A DNA stretch of 33,502 nt from Octopus bimaculoides (GCF_001194135.2 NC_068990.1:44198501-44232002), one strand, 5' to 3'; shown: positions 1-11,586, numbered from the stretch's first letter. Made by a program: numbers and translations. Notes: generated from the sequence alone by a model not told the origin.

Positions 1-29
1 TATATATATATATATATATATTTATATAA

Positions 30-330
30 AGACACCTTTCGGTCATGAATGACCATAGGGTTGCACCTCGAAAGTTACCCTCTCAGGCACAAGTCTGAGC
101 AGGGTTGTTTATGGAAGACCAGCAGTCGCCCATGCATACCAACCTCCCCTCTCCACTTCATCGGTGTTACCCAAGAGAAACGCAAAGACCGATGCAGCTT
201 GGTATCAATATCATCGTGACTCATTTTTACAGCTGAGTGAACTGGTGCAAACTGAAATAAAGTGCCTTGCTCAAGAACACAACACACGGTCGGTCCCGGA
301 ATCAAACTCACTACCTCATGATCGTGAGCC
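30..330 (-). mobile_element. tRNA-derived SINE, 5'-truncated (family C)
   Basis: Minus strand reads ggctcacgatcatgaggtagtGAGTTTGATTCCgggacc (B-box-like), then gtgttgtgttcttgagcaaggcact, which resembles the conserved central cttgRgcaag motif of CORE/V-type SINEs, then a unique tail ending at (TA)n. Confidence 0.7.
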
Positions 331-368
331 TATATATCCATGTGTGTGTGTGTGTGTGTGTGTGTGTA

Positions 369-778
369 TGCTATATGGGGAACTTGTGAATGGAAAGAGT
401 CCCCAGCAAAAGCCAAGGCTACAAGTTAAGGACTTTGTCAAGTCCTCATTAAAGGTCTGTGATATGCAGGAGACTGACTAGGAGAGCACTGCTGTCTTCG
501 CCACAGATGAAGAAAGCAGGTTAAGGAGGGGGTCGACATTTTTGGGAGACCACGTATTCTGCATGAAGAACTTGAGCGTGCTGCTCGAAAATGCACAGCT
601 GGTGTAGTGAATTGAGAAAGCTTGGTTTGCAATGCTTGCAGTCGTGTATGCTTGTCAAGAGCATGGTTCATTAGCCACCAACGGAACCGCAAATACCAAA
701 TATAAGTTAGTCCTAGAGGGTACAATGTTTCTGAAGGTCAGCAATGGCCTTCCTCGATCACGAGTGGACAGCCATCAT
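369..778 (+). mobile_element. RTE-type non-LTR retrotransposon 3' fragment (decayed ORF2 C-terminus + 3' UTR)
   Basis: Translation with stops and frameshifts: LYGELVNGKSPQQKPRLQVKDFVKSSLKVCDMQETD*...HR*RKQVKEGVDIFGRPRILHEELERAARK...LVCNACSRVCLSRAWFISHQRNRK. This matches the RTE ORF2 C-terminal pattern LYGEL..G.R....P..R.KD..K..LK / DR..WR..V..G / CxxCxRxCxSR.G..SH. Flanked by (GT)n and (AT)n. Confidence 0.8.
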
Positions 779-823
779 ATATATATATATATATATATTT
801 GTATGTATGTATGTATGCATATG

Positions 824-867
<44 letters not shown>

Positions 868-989
868 NNNNNNNNNNNNNNNNNNNNNNNNNNNNNNNNN
901 NNNNNNNNNNNNNNNNNNNNNNNNNNNNNNNNNNNNNNNNNNNNNNNNNNNNNNNNNNNNNNNNNNNNNNNNNNNNNNNNNNNNNNNNN

Positions 990-1330
990 TATATTTGTTT
1001 TGCAAGATTTTTGATGTGAAATCGTGTGTTGAAACAGATGTTGTTGTACTTGGGGATGGTCATATTGCCAGTTTAGCCAATAAAAACACACGCACTGTAT
1101 ATTTGGTGTTAATTTGCTTCAGCTTTATATTACATTAATCTTAATCTTATTTCGGCCAGAGTTCTTTCGTCACACTTCTGTGACCTCATCAGTGGTCCTG
1201 TGTTTCCTTCTTTCTTATGTGTGTCTCACCTTGCTAACTATCAGCCAGCGGAATTTCGTTTTGAGAACAATTTAGGTCTTAATAGACACAATATGTGATC
1301 TATTTCTAGCACATTGAATGTCCACGTTAG
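990..1330 (-). mobile_element. Penelope-like element terminal-repeat remnant carrying a hammerhead motif
   Basis: Contains the hammerhead at 1154-1198. Upstream minus frame reads VLEIDHILCLLRPKLFSKRN, weakly like the LE..HI...KP.LN end of PLE GIY-YIG ORFs. The 3' end abuts TATAT at a gap. Confidence 0.5.
1154..1198 (-). ncRNA. Minimal type I hammerhead ribozyme (short stem III)
   Basis: GGACCA-CUGAUGA-G-GUCAC-AGAAGU-GUGAC-GAAAG-AA-CUC-UGGCC. Both core halves are intact; stem II is 5 bp; stem III is AG/CU with a 2-nt loop; NUH is CUC; stem I is CCA/UGG plus one mismatch plus G-C. Confidence 0.7.
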
Positions 1331-1842
1331 TGGTCAACGTTATATATAAATATATATATATATATATTCCTTTTACTCCCAAGTTATATATGCTCTCACT
1401 CTACCAGTTGTTCTCTATCTACTCTCATGCATTTACAACTTTATCTTTCCCTTACTCTCTCCTGTATTCCTCACAGGCCTTCCAATGTACACCACTCCGT
1501 CTTCCACGATGGGACTCATAGCCGCTATTATTTTTTTACAAATGTTATCCTCTGGTTCTTCAATGATGAAACTGGTAACGACTATCATCCTTTACTAAGG
1601 ATAATCCTGAATTCTTCTTCTCTGAAGACGGTATAGTTGGCTTATATAGAAACCTTTACTCAATGACCTATGCAACATATAAACAGATATTCTAGAAACA
1701 GTTGTAAGAGACTTTACACATTATTTCCTAATCCCATATTTACTCTAACTACTCTACAATTAAGTTTGAATTATAAATTAAATGCTCTAAAATGATACCA
1801 CATGTAGTGCCAGCTTATACTCTCTGTTATATATATATATAT

Positions 1843-1901
<59 letters not shown>

Positions 1902-2018
1902 TTAACTGTGTATTTTGATGAAATCCAGAACTTTTATGTAATTTTTTAATCGAATTATGTTGATGATGTTTGTATTTTGCTCGGTACAAAATTATATATA
2001 TATATGTGTGTGTGTACG

Positions 2019-2104
<86 letters not shown>

Positions 2105-2489
2105 TACACATCTGCGCGCACACGCACATACACAAATATAAACATGGATACGTATGCACACATGTACATGCTTATCAACATACACACATGCAATTGTATT
2201 TACTTACACATACCCCTACAAATTCGAACACAATTTTACGAATACACAAGTTGTTATGTTTCAAGATACTGCTATCTAGCACCTTCGGATGATCTCTACT
2301 CAACAGCTACTCGACTGCTACTCAACACCTCTACCACGGCCAAACTACCTCTATTTATATGTTTTGGGAGATCCTACTTCTTCGCCTGGGGGCATCGACA
2401 CAACACAGGTATATAAACAAGTATAGATATACACATAAATTTTCCCAAAACACATATAGGTGCATGTATAAGGTATACATATTGATGTG

Positions 2490-2543
<54 letters not shown>

Positions 2544-2584
2544 CTCTCTCTTTCTCTCTCTCTCTCTTTCTCTCTTTCTCTCTT

Positions 2585-2624
<40 letters not shown>

Positions 2625-2989
2625 CCCCTCTCTCTCTCTCTCAATCAACATATATTGACTTCGATAATAATAAAACCAATATTGATATCTATATGAATAT
2701 TCAATTCTGAACATTTTTGCTGCTGGTTAATACTTTCATACTGACACTATCCACATTTTGGCGCTATGCAATTAAGGATGCCAGCAGATTTCAACGTGAC
2801 GGACTGAAAGAAGGTGTCTAAAACCGAAAAACTTTGTGTCAAACCAGAAACAGGTCCACATATATACCTGCTCCATTAAATATATAGCTTTGTGCTATAA
2901 TGATATGTGAGAGGTCTTTTTTCGGTTCACTCGGCATTTTATTCTTGTATCTGTTATTTTCAGTGTAATTTTTGGAGGTCTAAATGAGG

Positions 2990-3165
2990 GCTTCTATTCT
3001 TTTATTTGTTTCAGCCAATTGACTGCAGCCATGCTGAAGCACCACCTTTAGTCGAACAAATCGACGCCAGGACTTATTCTTTGTAAGCGTAGTACTTATT
3101 CTATCGGTATCTTTTGCCGAACCGCTAAGTTCCGGGAACGTAAACACACCAATATCTGTTGTCAC
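2990..3165 (-). mobile_element. SINE family A, 3' half
   Basis: Matches the body/tail of the copies at 26976-27434 and 12060-12281 (gactgcagccatgctgaagcaccacctttagtcgaacaaatcgac...gccgaaccgctaagtt). Confidence 0.9.
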
Positions 3166-3724
3166 AAAAATACACACACACACACACACACACACANNNN
3201 NNNNNNNNNNNNNNNNNNNNNNNNNNNNNNNNNNNNNNNNNNNNNNNNNNNNNNNNNNNNNNNNNNNNNNNNNNNNNNNNNNNNNNNNNNNNNNNNNNNN
3301 NNNNNNNNNNNNNNNNNNNNNNNNNNNNNNNNNNNNNNNNNNNNNNNNNNNNNNNNNNNNNNNNNNNNNNNNNNNNNNNNNNNNNNNNNNNNNNNNNNNN
3401 NNNNNNNNNNNNNNNNNNNNNNNNNNNNNNNNNNNNNNNNNNNNNNNNNNNNNNNNNNNNNNNNNNNNNNNNNNNNNNNNNNNNNNNNNNNNNNNNNNNN
3501 NNNNNNNNNNNNNNNNNNNNNNNNNNNNNNNNNNNNNNNNNNNNNNNNNNNNNNNNNNNNNNNNNNNNNNNNNNNNNNNNNNNNNNNNNNNNNNNNNNNN
3601 NNNNNNNNNNNNNNNNNNNNNNNNNNNNNNNNNNNNNNNNNNNNNNNNNNNNNNNNNNNNNNNNNNNNNNNNNNNNNNNNNNNNNNNNNNNNNNNNNNNN
3701 NNNNNNNNNNNNNNNNNNNNNNNN

Positions 3725-3760
<36 letters not shown>

Positions 3761-3885
3761 AGCCAGACAAGCAGAGAAACAGAGAGATAGATATGTGCAG
3801 TTATATATATATATATACGTTTGTGTGTGCATGTATACGTGTATTTGTTGGTATATACATATATATAGAAAGAAATGAGTGTGCT

Positions 3886-3916
<31 letters not shown>

Positions 3917-4445
3917 GTGTGTGTGTGCGTGTATTTGTACGTAGCCATGAGTAAAATATGCATATACGTACCAATATCAACCCAAGGAACTTACTAATAT
4001 ATTCACTTTTTTCTTAACAAATAGTGTTTTCTTTCGAAACAGGTTATTTGTTGGAATATTTCCAGTTCTATCTTTGATTATACTCATTAGTTTTAGAAAA
4101 CAACATAAATATGCACGCAAACATGTGCTTTTGTATTTCTCTTTATTCCTTTCTTTCTGTCTTTCTTTCTTTCTTTCTTTCTCTCTCTCCCTCTCTCTCT
4201 GCCTGTCACCCCCGCTCGTTGTATCTATGTTTCTTTCTTACTTGCTTTTTTTCTGTCTATCTCACTATCCATCTACCTATCTGTGTATTTTATGATTTCA
4301 TTTCTCTCTCTTTTTCTCCATCTCTGTATGTATGTATGTATGTATGTATTTATGCATGTATGTATGTATTTATGTATGTATGTATGTATGTATGTATGTG
4401 TGTGTATGTATGTGTATATACACACACGTACATACACACACACAT

Positions 4446-4696
4446 ATAATAATTAATGAAGGAAACGGAAGATTGATTTAGCATTAGTCTTTATTCAGTA
4501 ATACGATCGTTTCGATCCATCCTGTAATTGTCCGTTATGGGTAGGATATTGTGCATTAAATTGTGTTGCATCAATCTGTGCAGTTTGTGTCACATCAAGT
4601 ACAAGCTTAAAGTAGGGTATAATGGGTCGAAACTATCGTCGTGCTGAATAAAGACTAATGTTAAACCTATCTTCCGTTTCCTTCATCAATTATTAT
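4446..4696. repeat. Long inverted repeat element (MITE-like or inverted retroelement end)
   Basis: Arms 4446-4520 and 4622-4696 align without gaps with 9 mismatches by manual count; spacer about 100 bp. Confidence 0.85.
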
Positions 4697-4862
4697 CTCA
4701 ACTAACACTGCGAAATTCCTGACGTAGATCCAAAGGAAATATATTCCAACCGTGGATGACACCAGGAAGCCCAAACTCTGAATGTGATTTACTCAATAGA
4801 CTAATTGACATATGCTCGTTAGTCCCAAAATTTACATACTGTTTTATATATATATATATATA

Positions 4863-4990
4863 GGAGAATTCACGAAAAAACAACAGACGAAGACAGGTGG
4901 TATAAACAACAAATGGATGTATTAGTATAACGCTCGGGAATAGAGAAAGTCTTAAACGCTTCGAGCCTACGCTCTTCAACAGAAAGGAAT
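4863..4990 (-). mobile_element. Short PLE-like element with variant hammerhead motif
   Basis: Minus strand CCUUU-CUGUUGA-A-GAGC-GUAG-GCUC-GAAG-CGUU-UAAG; the 3' end abuts (TA)n at about 4846-4862. Confidence 0.5.
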
Positions 4991-5289
4991 GTGTGTGCGT
5001 GTGTGTGTAGCAGTATGAGCGCTATGCATTGATATACAGTGAAGAAGAACCGAACTTTAGGTCAAGATAAAATATTTGTGGCATAATTAAACTTCCAAAG
5101 TCAAACTCACTGCAGTGACTGTGAGGGAAAAAATTATTTTTTATGGTAAAATGTGTTCAAACACAATATGTACCCATTGCTTCCTTCTAGCGGATTCCCG
5201 GGGCGCGTTTCTGGCTTTCAGTCAGCTAACCAGACGCTAAACAACTACAATCTTCCGATACGTACACATACACACACACATTAATATTT

Positions 5290-5703
5290 TGGCAGGCATG
5301 GCCGTGTGGTAAGAAGTTTTCTTCCCAGCCACATGGTTTCGGGTTCAATCCCATTGCATAGAACCTTGGATAAATTTTCTCTACTATAGTCCAAGGCCGA
5401 CCGAAGCCTTGCAAGTGAATTTGGGAGACGAAAACTTAAAGAATTTAATCGTATAAGTGTGTGGGTATGTGATGTGTGTGTGTTTGTGTGAATGTGCATG
5501 TGTGTGTCATTGTATTTGTGTCTGTTCTCCCACCACTTGACAACCAGTATTGGTTTGTTTACGTTCCCGTAAAGTGGCCGATAAAGTATCATAAAAAGAA
5601 AAACATACTGAAGTCGTTTTCTTCGACTAAAAGCACTTCAAGGCGGTACCCCAGCCTGGCCGCAATCCAACAACTGAGACAAGTGAAACATAAAAGATAA
5701 AAT
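5290..5703 (+). mobile_element. SINE family A, full length, diverged
   Basis: tRNA-like head tggccgtgtggtaag...gggttcaatccc, central ccttgga/ccttggg motif, internal (GT)n, tail ending aaaagataaaata. Confidence 0.9.
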
Positions 5704-6078
5704 ATTTCCCTCCACAAATCTAGAATTCCAAAATGGTAGATCATGTGTTTTTATTATTATTTATTTTTAACTTCCTAACATTAATCTACAGACATTTACA
5801 CTCAAGGTTAGCTGCAATGATCACTATAAAAATAGAAATAAAAAGTTGAACATCATTACATCCTTTCCATTTCATTGCTAACAGCTCATCATTTAGAATA
5901 TTATAGACATTGTTCCCTTCCTCTCCCAATATATTGATAGTAACCTATCGCCTATAAGGTCATAGAGACCGTTACTTCACAAGGTTGTAGGGCATATTTA
6001 ACTGAAGCCGAGTGTTCGCTGAGATAGAATAATTAAAAATATGTTTCTATACATACACTGATAGAAACGGATGAATAT

Positions 6079-6120
<42 letters not shown>

Positions 6121-6919
6121 TGATAGAATATACACACATGCATATATATATACGTATATGTACATATATCTATACATACATATACACATACATACACACA
6201 CATGCACACACATATACACATATATTGCTAGAAAGATAAATAGATAGATAGATAAATGGGTGAAAATAAAATGAAAAGGAATTATCTATGATATATTGGA
6301 TATCAGAGCTGTAGAAAGTAGTATTACAGCATCGATTTATGGTTGCATAGAAACATTTGTAGCAGAAAGCTGTTATCATGGGATGTCTGCATACATTTAC
6401 ATTTCATTTTTCATCAAACGGAAAATTGCGTTCAAAAGAGTATATTTTACGTCAATTATAACTGTTTCTGAATATTACTGAACAATGATTCGGTACTTTC
6501 TACTGTAGGAAAGCGGGAGAAGCATCACCAGATCATAGTAGCAGGACCCTACATTCTAGATAAACCACGTATTAAATTGATACATAAAGCACATAAAGAC
6601 TATTGGTTTGTGTTATTGGTAGATCAAATTAATAGCTGATATTGTATTGGGAACGTAAGGGAACTGAAAAAGAGAAAATAAATTAATTCTTCTTGAGTCT
6701 GGTGAAAATTATCAATAAAAAGAAAGATAAATATATGTATTTTATGCCCTGATGAAGTAACGTCACTTGAACTTTCGTGACCAAAATTATTTATCAATGT
6801 GTGATCAGCCTTATTGATCTTCTTCCCCAAAGATTTGGTTCATATTTATTGATAGCCCAGATGATCTGAGATGCGTAGACGAAAATTATCCGGACAAAAT
6901 ATATTGAGGGATATACTTA

Positions 6920-6990
6920 TTTCAATATGTTTTGGGTTCAAATTCCAATAAATCTGACTTCACCTTTCAACTCTGGATCAATAAAATACA
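6920..6990 (+). mobile_element. SINE family B fragment, highly diverged
   Basis: gggttcaaattcc...gacttcacctttca...gatcaataaaatacataccagt aligns loosely to 20310-20532. Confidence 0.5.
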
Positions 6991-7189
6991 TACCAGTAAA
7001 TTTGCATGACGAATTCATTTAACAGATTCCTCCTTACACATGTGTATGGCATCGCATCAAAGTCAGGAATCAATATTAGATTTCAGACTAACAAGCCGCT
7101 AAACTATACATTATTACTTCGTTCATCGATAAAATAATTTTACTGATACAGCAATATGGCAGGTAGAGACAATTGACAACTATTGAATA

Positions 7190-7480
7190 TGGTACTTATT
7201 CAATCCATCTCTTTTGCCGAACTGCTAGGTTATGGGGACGTAAACAAACCAACACCGGTAGTCATATGGTGGGAGCGATATGTACAAATAGAAAGACACA
7301 CACATACGCACTCTCACACATACATATATGTATTTATGCACAACGAGCTTCCACTTTCACCTGTAAGCATTGGTTGGTCCGTGACCAAAGGAGACGACAC
7401 GTGCCCAACGTGCCATGCAGTGGGGATGATCCCGATACCACGTATTTACAAAGCGAGATTCTTTACCACGCAGCCATACC
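7190..7480 (-). mobile_element. SINE family A, diverged
   Basis: ggtacttattc...ttttgccgaac...ggggacgtaaac...gtgcccaacgtgccatgcagtgggg...accacgcagcca matches the other family A copies. Confidence 0.85.
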
Positions 7481-7561
7481 TAATAGCCGGAAAAAATATG
7501 ATCTTTCTCTAACTGAAACGAATATAATGTCTGTTGAGGAATTGCTATATATCATTTTTAG

Positions 7562-7880
7562 GTATGTGGCAAACATGTATTCAAATACACCGTTTTCGGT
7601 AGCATACCATCTCTAAAGGCAATGATACGTCTTGAGGTAAACAATGCACTCTTCTTAATTCTCTTTACGTAGTAAGCAGCATGAAAGAAGTTTTTACACA
7701 AGCCTTGGAAGGGAAACACAAAACGAAAATCAAATTTGTAGGCCAATTTGTTATGTCGAACATCAGTCTTTGGCATGTTTTCTGAGACCGGTGGGAGCGA
7801 CAGAAAGGAGGTTATCCTCAAACCACGTTCAAGGAAGTTGATTCCACTAAGGACACCCAATAACCAGCTTGTGTTATTAA
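7562..7880 (+). pseudogene. Possible decayed LINE ORF2 C-terminal fragment (alternative: host exon)
   Basis: Plus frames give KHVFKYTVFGSIPSLKAMIR and KTKIKFVGQ...SNISLW...RQKGGYPQTTFKEV..TKDT, loosely like post-RT motifs LYG.LP....IR.RRL.FAGH...LW.P..G.R.RGRP..TY...DT. Similarity is weak. Confidence 0.3.
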
Positions 7881-8535
7881 AATGGACGGTGATGTATAAA
7901 GTTCATCTAACAGTATTATGTGGATGCAGACATTTATGAGTGGTTAAGAATTAAGTTTCATAAATTGATTACCAGTAATATACAGGAGGAGATTTATTCA
8001 ATTATATGTGATGTAAACAATGAGAATTTTTATACCATTATGGTATGACCAATAACATTCTACGATGTCTTACATTTTTTTTTTTTTACTTTAAATATCG
8101 ATTAATTGGAAGACAATTGCCTAATTTACCTTAGTTTGAGAATTTAGTTCAGAAGTAGAAATTATGTTATTACATTTATCAATCAAACAGTGATTTTGAT
8201 CGATTATTAATAAGATAATTGTTTCTAATATGGAAATATTGTAGGCTGAGACAGTAGGCATCGCTCACCTACAGCAGTTTCTGCAAATTACATCAAAGTA
8301 GAAAACATAAACTTATTTCTTATTGAATACAATGTCTGGAGGGAAACTTATGAATACCACTGCTAAGAATGTAGGAGGCGAGAATTCAAAATCAGTCTTT
8401 ATGACACGACGTTTCTTGATAAAAAGAATTCCCTTGTAAATTCTATTTATATATTCTAAATTCTATTTACATAAAAAGCAACATAGAAAAATTCTGTATA
8501 CCTAAGTATTTTCAAATGCATAAGTCCTCTACGCA

Positions 8536-8714
8536 TGTATGTATGTATGTATGTATGTATGTATGTATGTATGTATGTATGTCATTATTCAGTTTATTTT
8601 AAGATTTCTTGCCAATAGAGAAAGAACTGGTTTCTAACCTAGATCCAAGGTTGGGATTTCAACATCAACAACGGTATTTTTGTATGTATGTATGTATGTA
8701 TGTATGTATGTATG
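8536..8714 (-). mobile_element. About 100-bp retroelement-like 3' end embedded in (TATG)n
   Basis: Unique 8583-8680 segment with (TATG)n on both sides; the minus strand ends ...AATAAA ctgaataatgac (ATAC)n. Confidence 0.5.
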
Positions 8715-8944
8715 NNNNNNNNNNNNNNNNNNNNNNNNNNNNNNNNNNNNNNNNNNNNNNNNNNNNNNNNNNNNNNNNNNNNNNNNNNNNNNNNNNNNNN
8801 NNNNNNNNNNNNNNNNNNNNNNNNNNNNNNNNNNNNNNNNNNNNNNNNNNNNNNNNNNNNNNNNNNNNNNNNNNNNNNNNNNNNNNNNNNNNNNNNNNNN
8901 NNNNNNNNNNNNNNGGTTTTGAGAAGCCCAATTTCTCAAAATTT

Positions 8945-8945
8945 G

Positions 8946-9002
<57 letters not shown>

Positions 9003-9005
9003 GTC
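8945..9005. repeat. (TATC)n microsatellite
   Basis: Direct inspection; other (GATA)n/(TATC)n tracts at about 6080-6120, 13945-13985 and 15797-15895. Confidence 0.95.
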
Positions 9006-9392
9006 TATATTTATATGTGTGTGTCGTTGTATGTGTGTGTGTGAGTATGCGCGTATGTATTTAGATAGATAAATAGATAGATGGATAGATGGACAGATAC
9101 ATAGATAGATGTAATACACTTGTATCCATAAATACCTCCAAAAATGCCATACCCAAGATTTCACAGAATCCCTCAGGTTCACTGAACTTAATACAGGTAG
9201 CTTTTTAATCAAGGAGGCCATCCTTATTAACAACTTGAGGCCAGCTCTAAGTAACAGAAAAAAGCTATACGAAGCAGACTGACCCTTATTATAACAAAAG
9301 AATTCACGTATTATATGAACAATGACTTATCCCATTTCGCATTGTTTTGGCCTTGTCATTTAAAAAAAAAATCTAATATCGTTTATCTGTCA

Positions 9393-9851
<459 letters not shown>

Positions 9852-10039
9852 ATTATAACCAAAATTTGTCGTATAAATTGTGTATAAGTGTAAAGTACAA
9901 ACGATTTCAGTCTTCATAAAATTTCATTTATCCACGCCATTGTTTCATGTAACTGCTCATCTGTGGTAGAGTTTTCATTTGTCAAACAAGAGAGAGGTGT
10001 TCAGTTTGCCGTTAAGGAAGAAAGAAACGTTTACAAAAA

Positions 10040-10240
10040 TAGATTTTTATAGCATCGCTTGACCAGCAATTAATAGGAAATAAATTTCCCTCAATTTCTA
10101 CGAAACTGTCTTAAAACAAAGGCTTGAATGATTACACCATGACCGAAAAAATGGTGGAATAGTCACAGCTACGATGCTCTTACTTCAACCAGAGCAAAAC
10201 TAAGGCTAAACCACAAGAGCGAGAACGACGAAGACGATGA
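10040..10240 (+). mobile_element. Old interspersed repeat (family D, (CAA)n-type tail)
   Basis: aaatttccctcaatttctac...gtcttaaaa...tggtggaatagtcacagct...ggctaaaccac resembles the copies at 22.7, 23.2 and 30.2 kb. Confidence 0.45.
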
Positions 10241-10949
10241 TAATATTAACCACATCATGATCAGCAACAATAATGTAACTGCTATAAGCATAGGATACAA
10301 TTGATAGCGATTATCTGGAAATGCTGCTTAGCAAACGAACAACTGGGTGAGCAGATTCATACACAACAGCCATTTCGATAAGATCTATTAATACTTGTGA
10401 AATTAACAGCAATATTCAAATACATGCAGAGAATACAATCGCATTCACGATCAGGCGTTAATCCAGTATCTTATCTGATTTGCTAATTTATCTCCCCACC
10501 CCAAAGAAAAAGACCTACATATACACACAAACAAACAGGGACACAAACACACACACGCATATACACTTATTCATGATATTGACTTTACGGCATGCAAGAC
10601 GTTTCAATATGTTGTTTCAGTTTCTGAAGCGGTTTAATGTGATCATATAAGATATCTGCTGAAGTTTAGGAACGAACACGTTGAAACAGTTCGTGTACTT
10701 TAAGGTCATGATGATGAATAAATGAGTCTATATTCTCATCAGAACCACGTCAAATGCTTTTGTTTATTGAACTGCGGGTTCTTGATTATTCGATTGGGAA
10801 TAACTAAGATTACATATGTATATGTGTGTGTGTGCGTATGTGTGTGTGTAAATTTCCTTTCACAAGTCATTTTCGTTATAACTATGTATATATACATACA
10901 CACACTTATAGATAAATAGATATACGTATATACACATACATTCGTACAT

Positions 10950-11041
<92 letters not shown>

Positions 11042-11586
11042 TACACTCACACACACACACACACTACACACACACACATATCTATACAAATATATGTGTT
11101 TGTGTACATCGTGTAAGAATGAGTTTGAATATTTGGAGACCAAATCAAATATGACACGTATAACAAACTCATACGCACGCACGCACACACACGCACACGC
11201 ATACACACCACACTACATATAAACCACACATACAACATGTTATTGATGAATTCAACTATTAAAAGACATCAATTTGACATTAAGGGACACATAAAACAGC
11301 AGAAACACTTTAAATGTACTCTTATTGACATATCACTCGTTAGAAGAAGGCCTCGAACTAGCTAGCTCTCCCTTCACTCCCTCTCTCTGTCTTTGTCTAT
11401 TTGTCTCTGTCTCTCTTTTGCTCTCTCTCCCTCTCGCTCACACTCTCAGTTTTATACAATCCTCTTTATGTCACATGTACTATATCTTCCACTCTTGTCT
11501 TCCATCTAAATTCTCCTCTCATGTATTTGTGTGTATGTGATCGTGTGTGCATGTGTATGCGTGTGTATGTGTGCGTGCGTATGTGT

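Noticed and set aside
7608-7640. RRIIAFRDG resembles the PIWI/Argonaute RII.YRDG motif
   Set aside because: Only a short match; flanking residues do not fit the PIWI domain, and no other PIWI exon was found.
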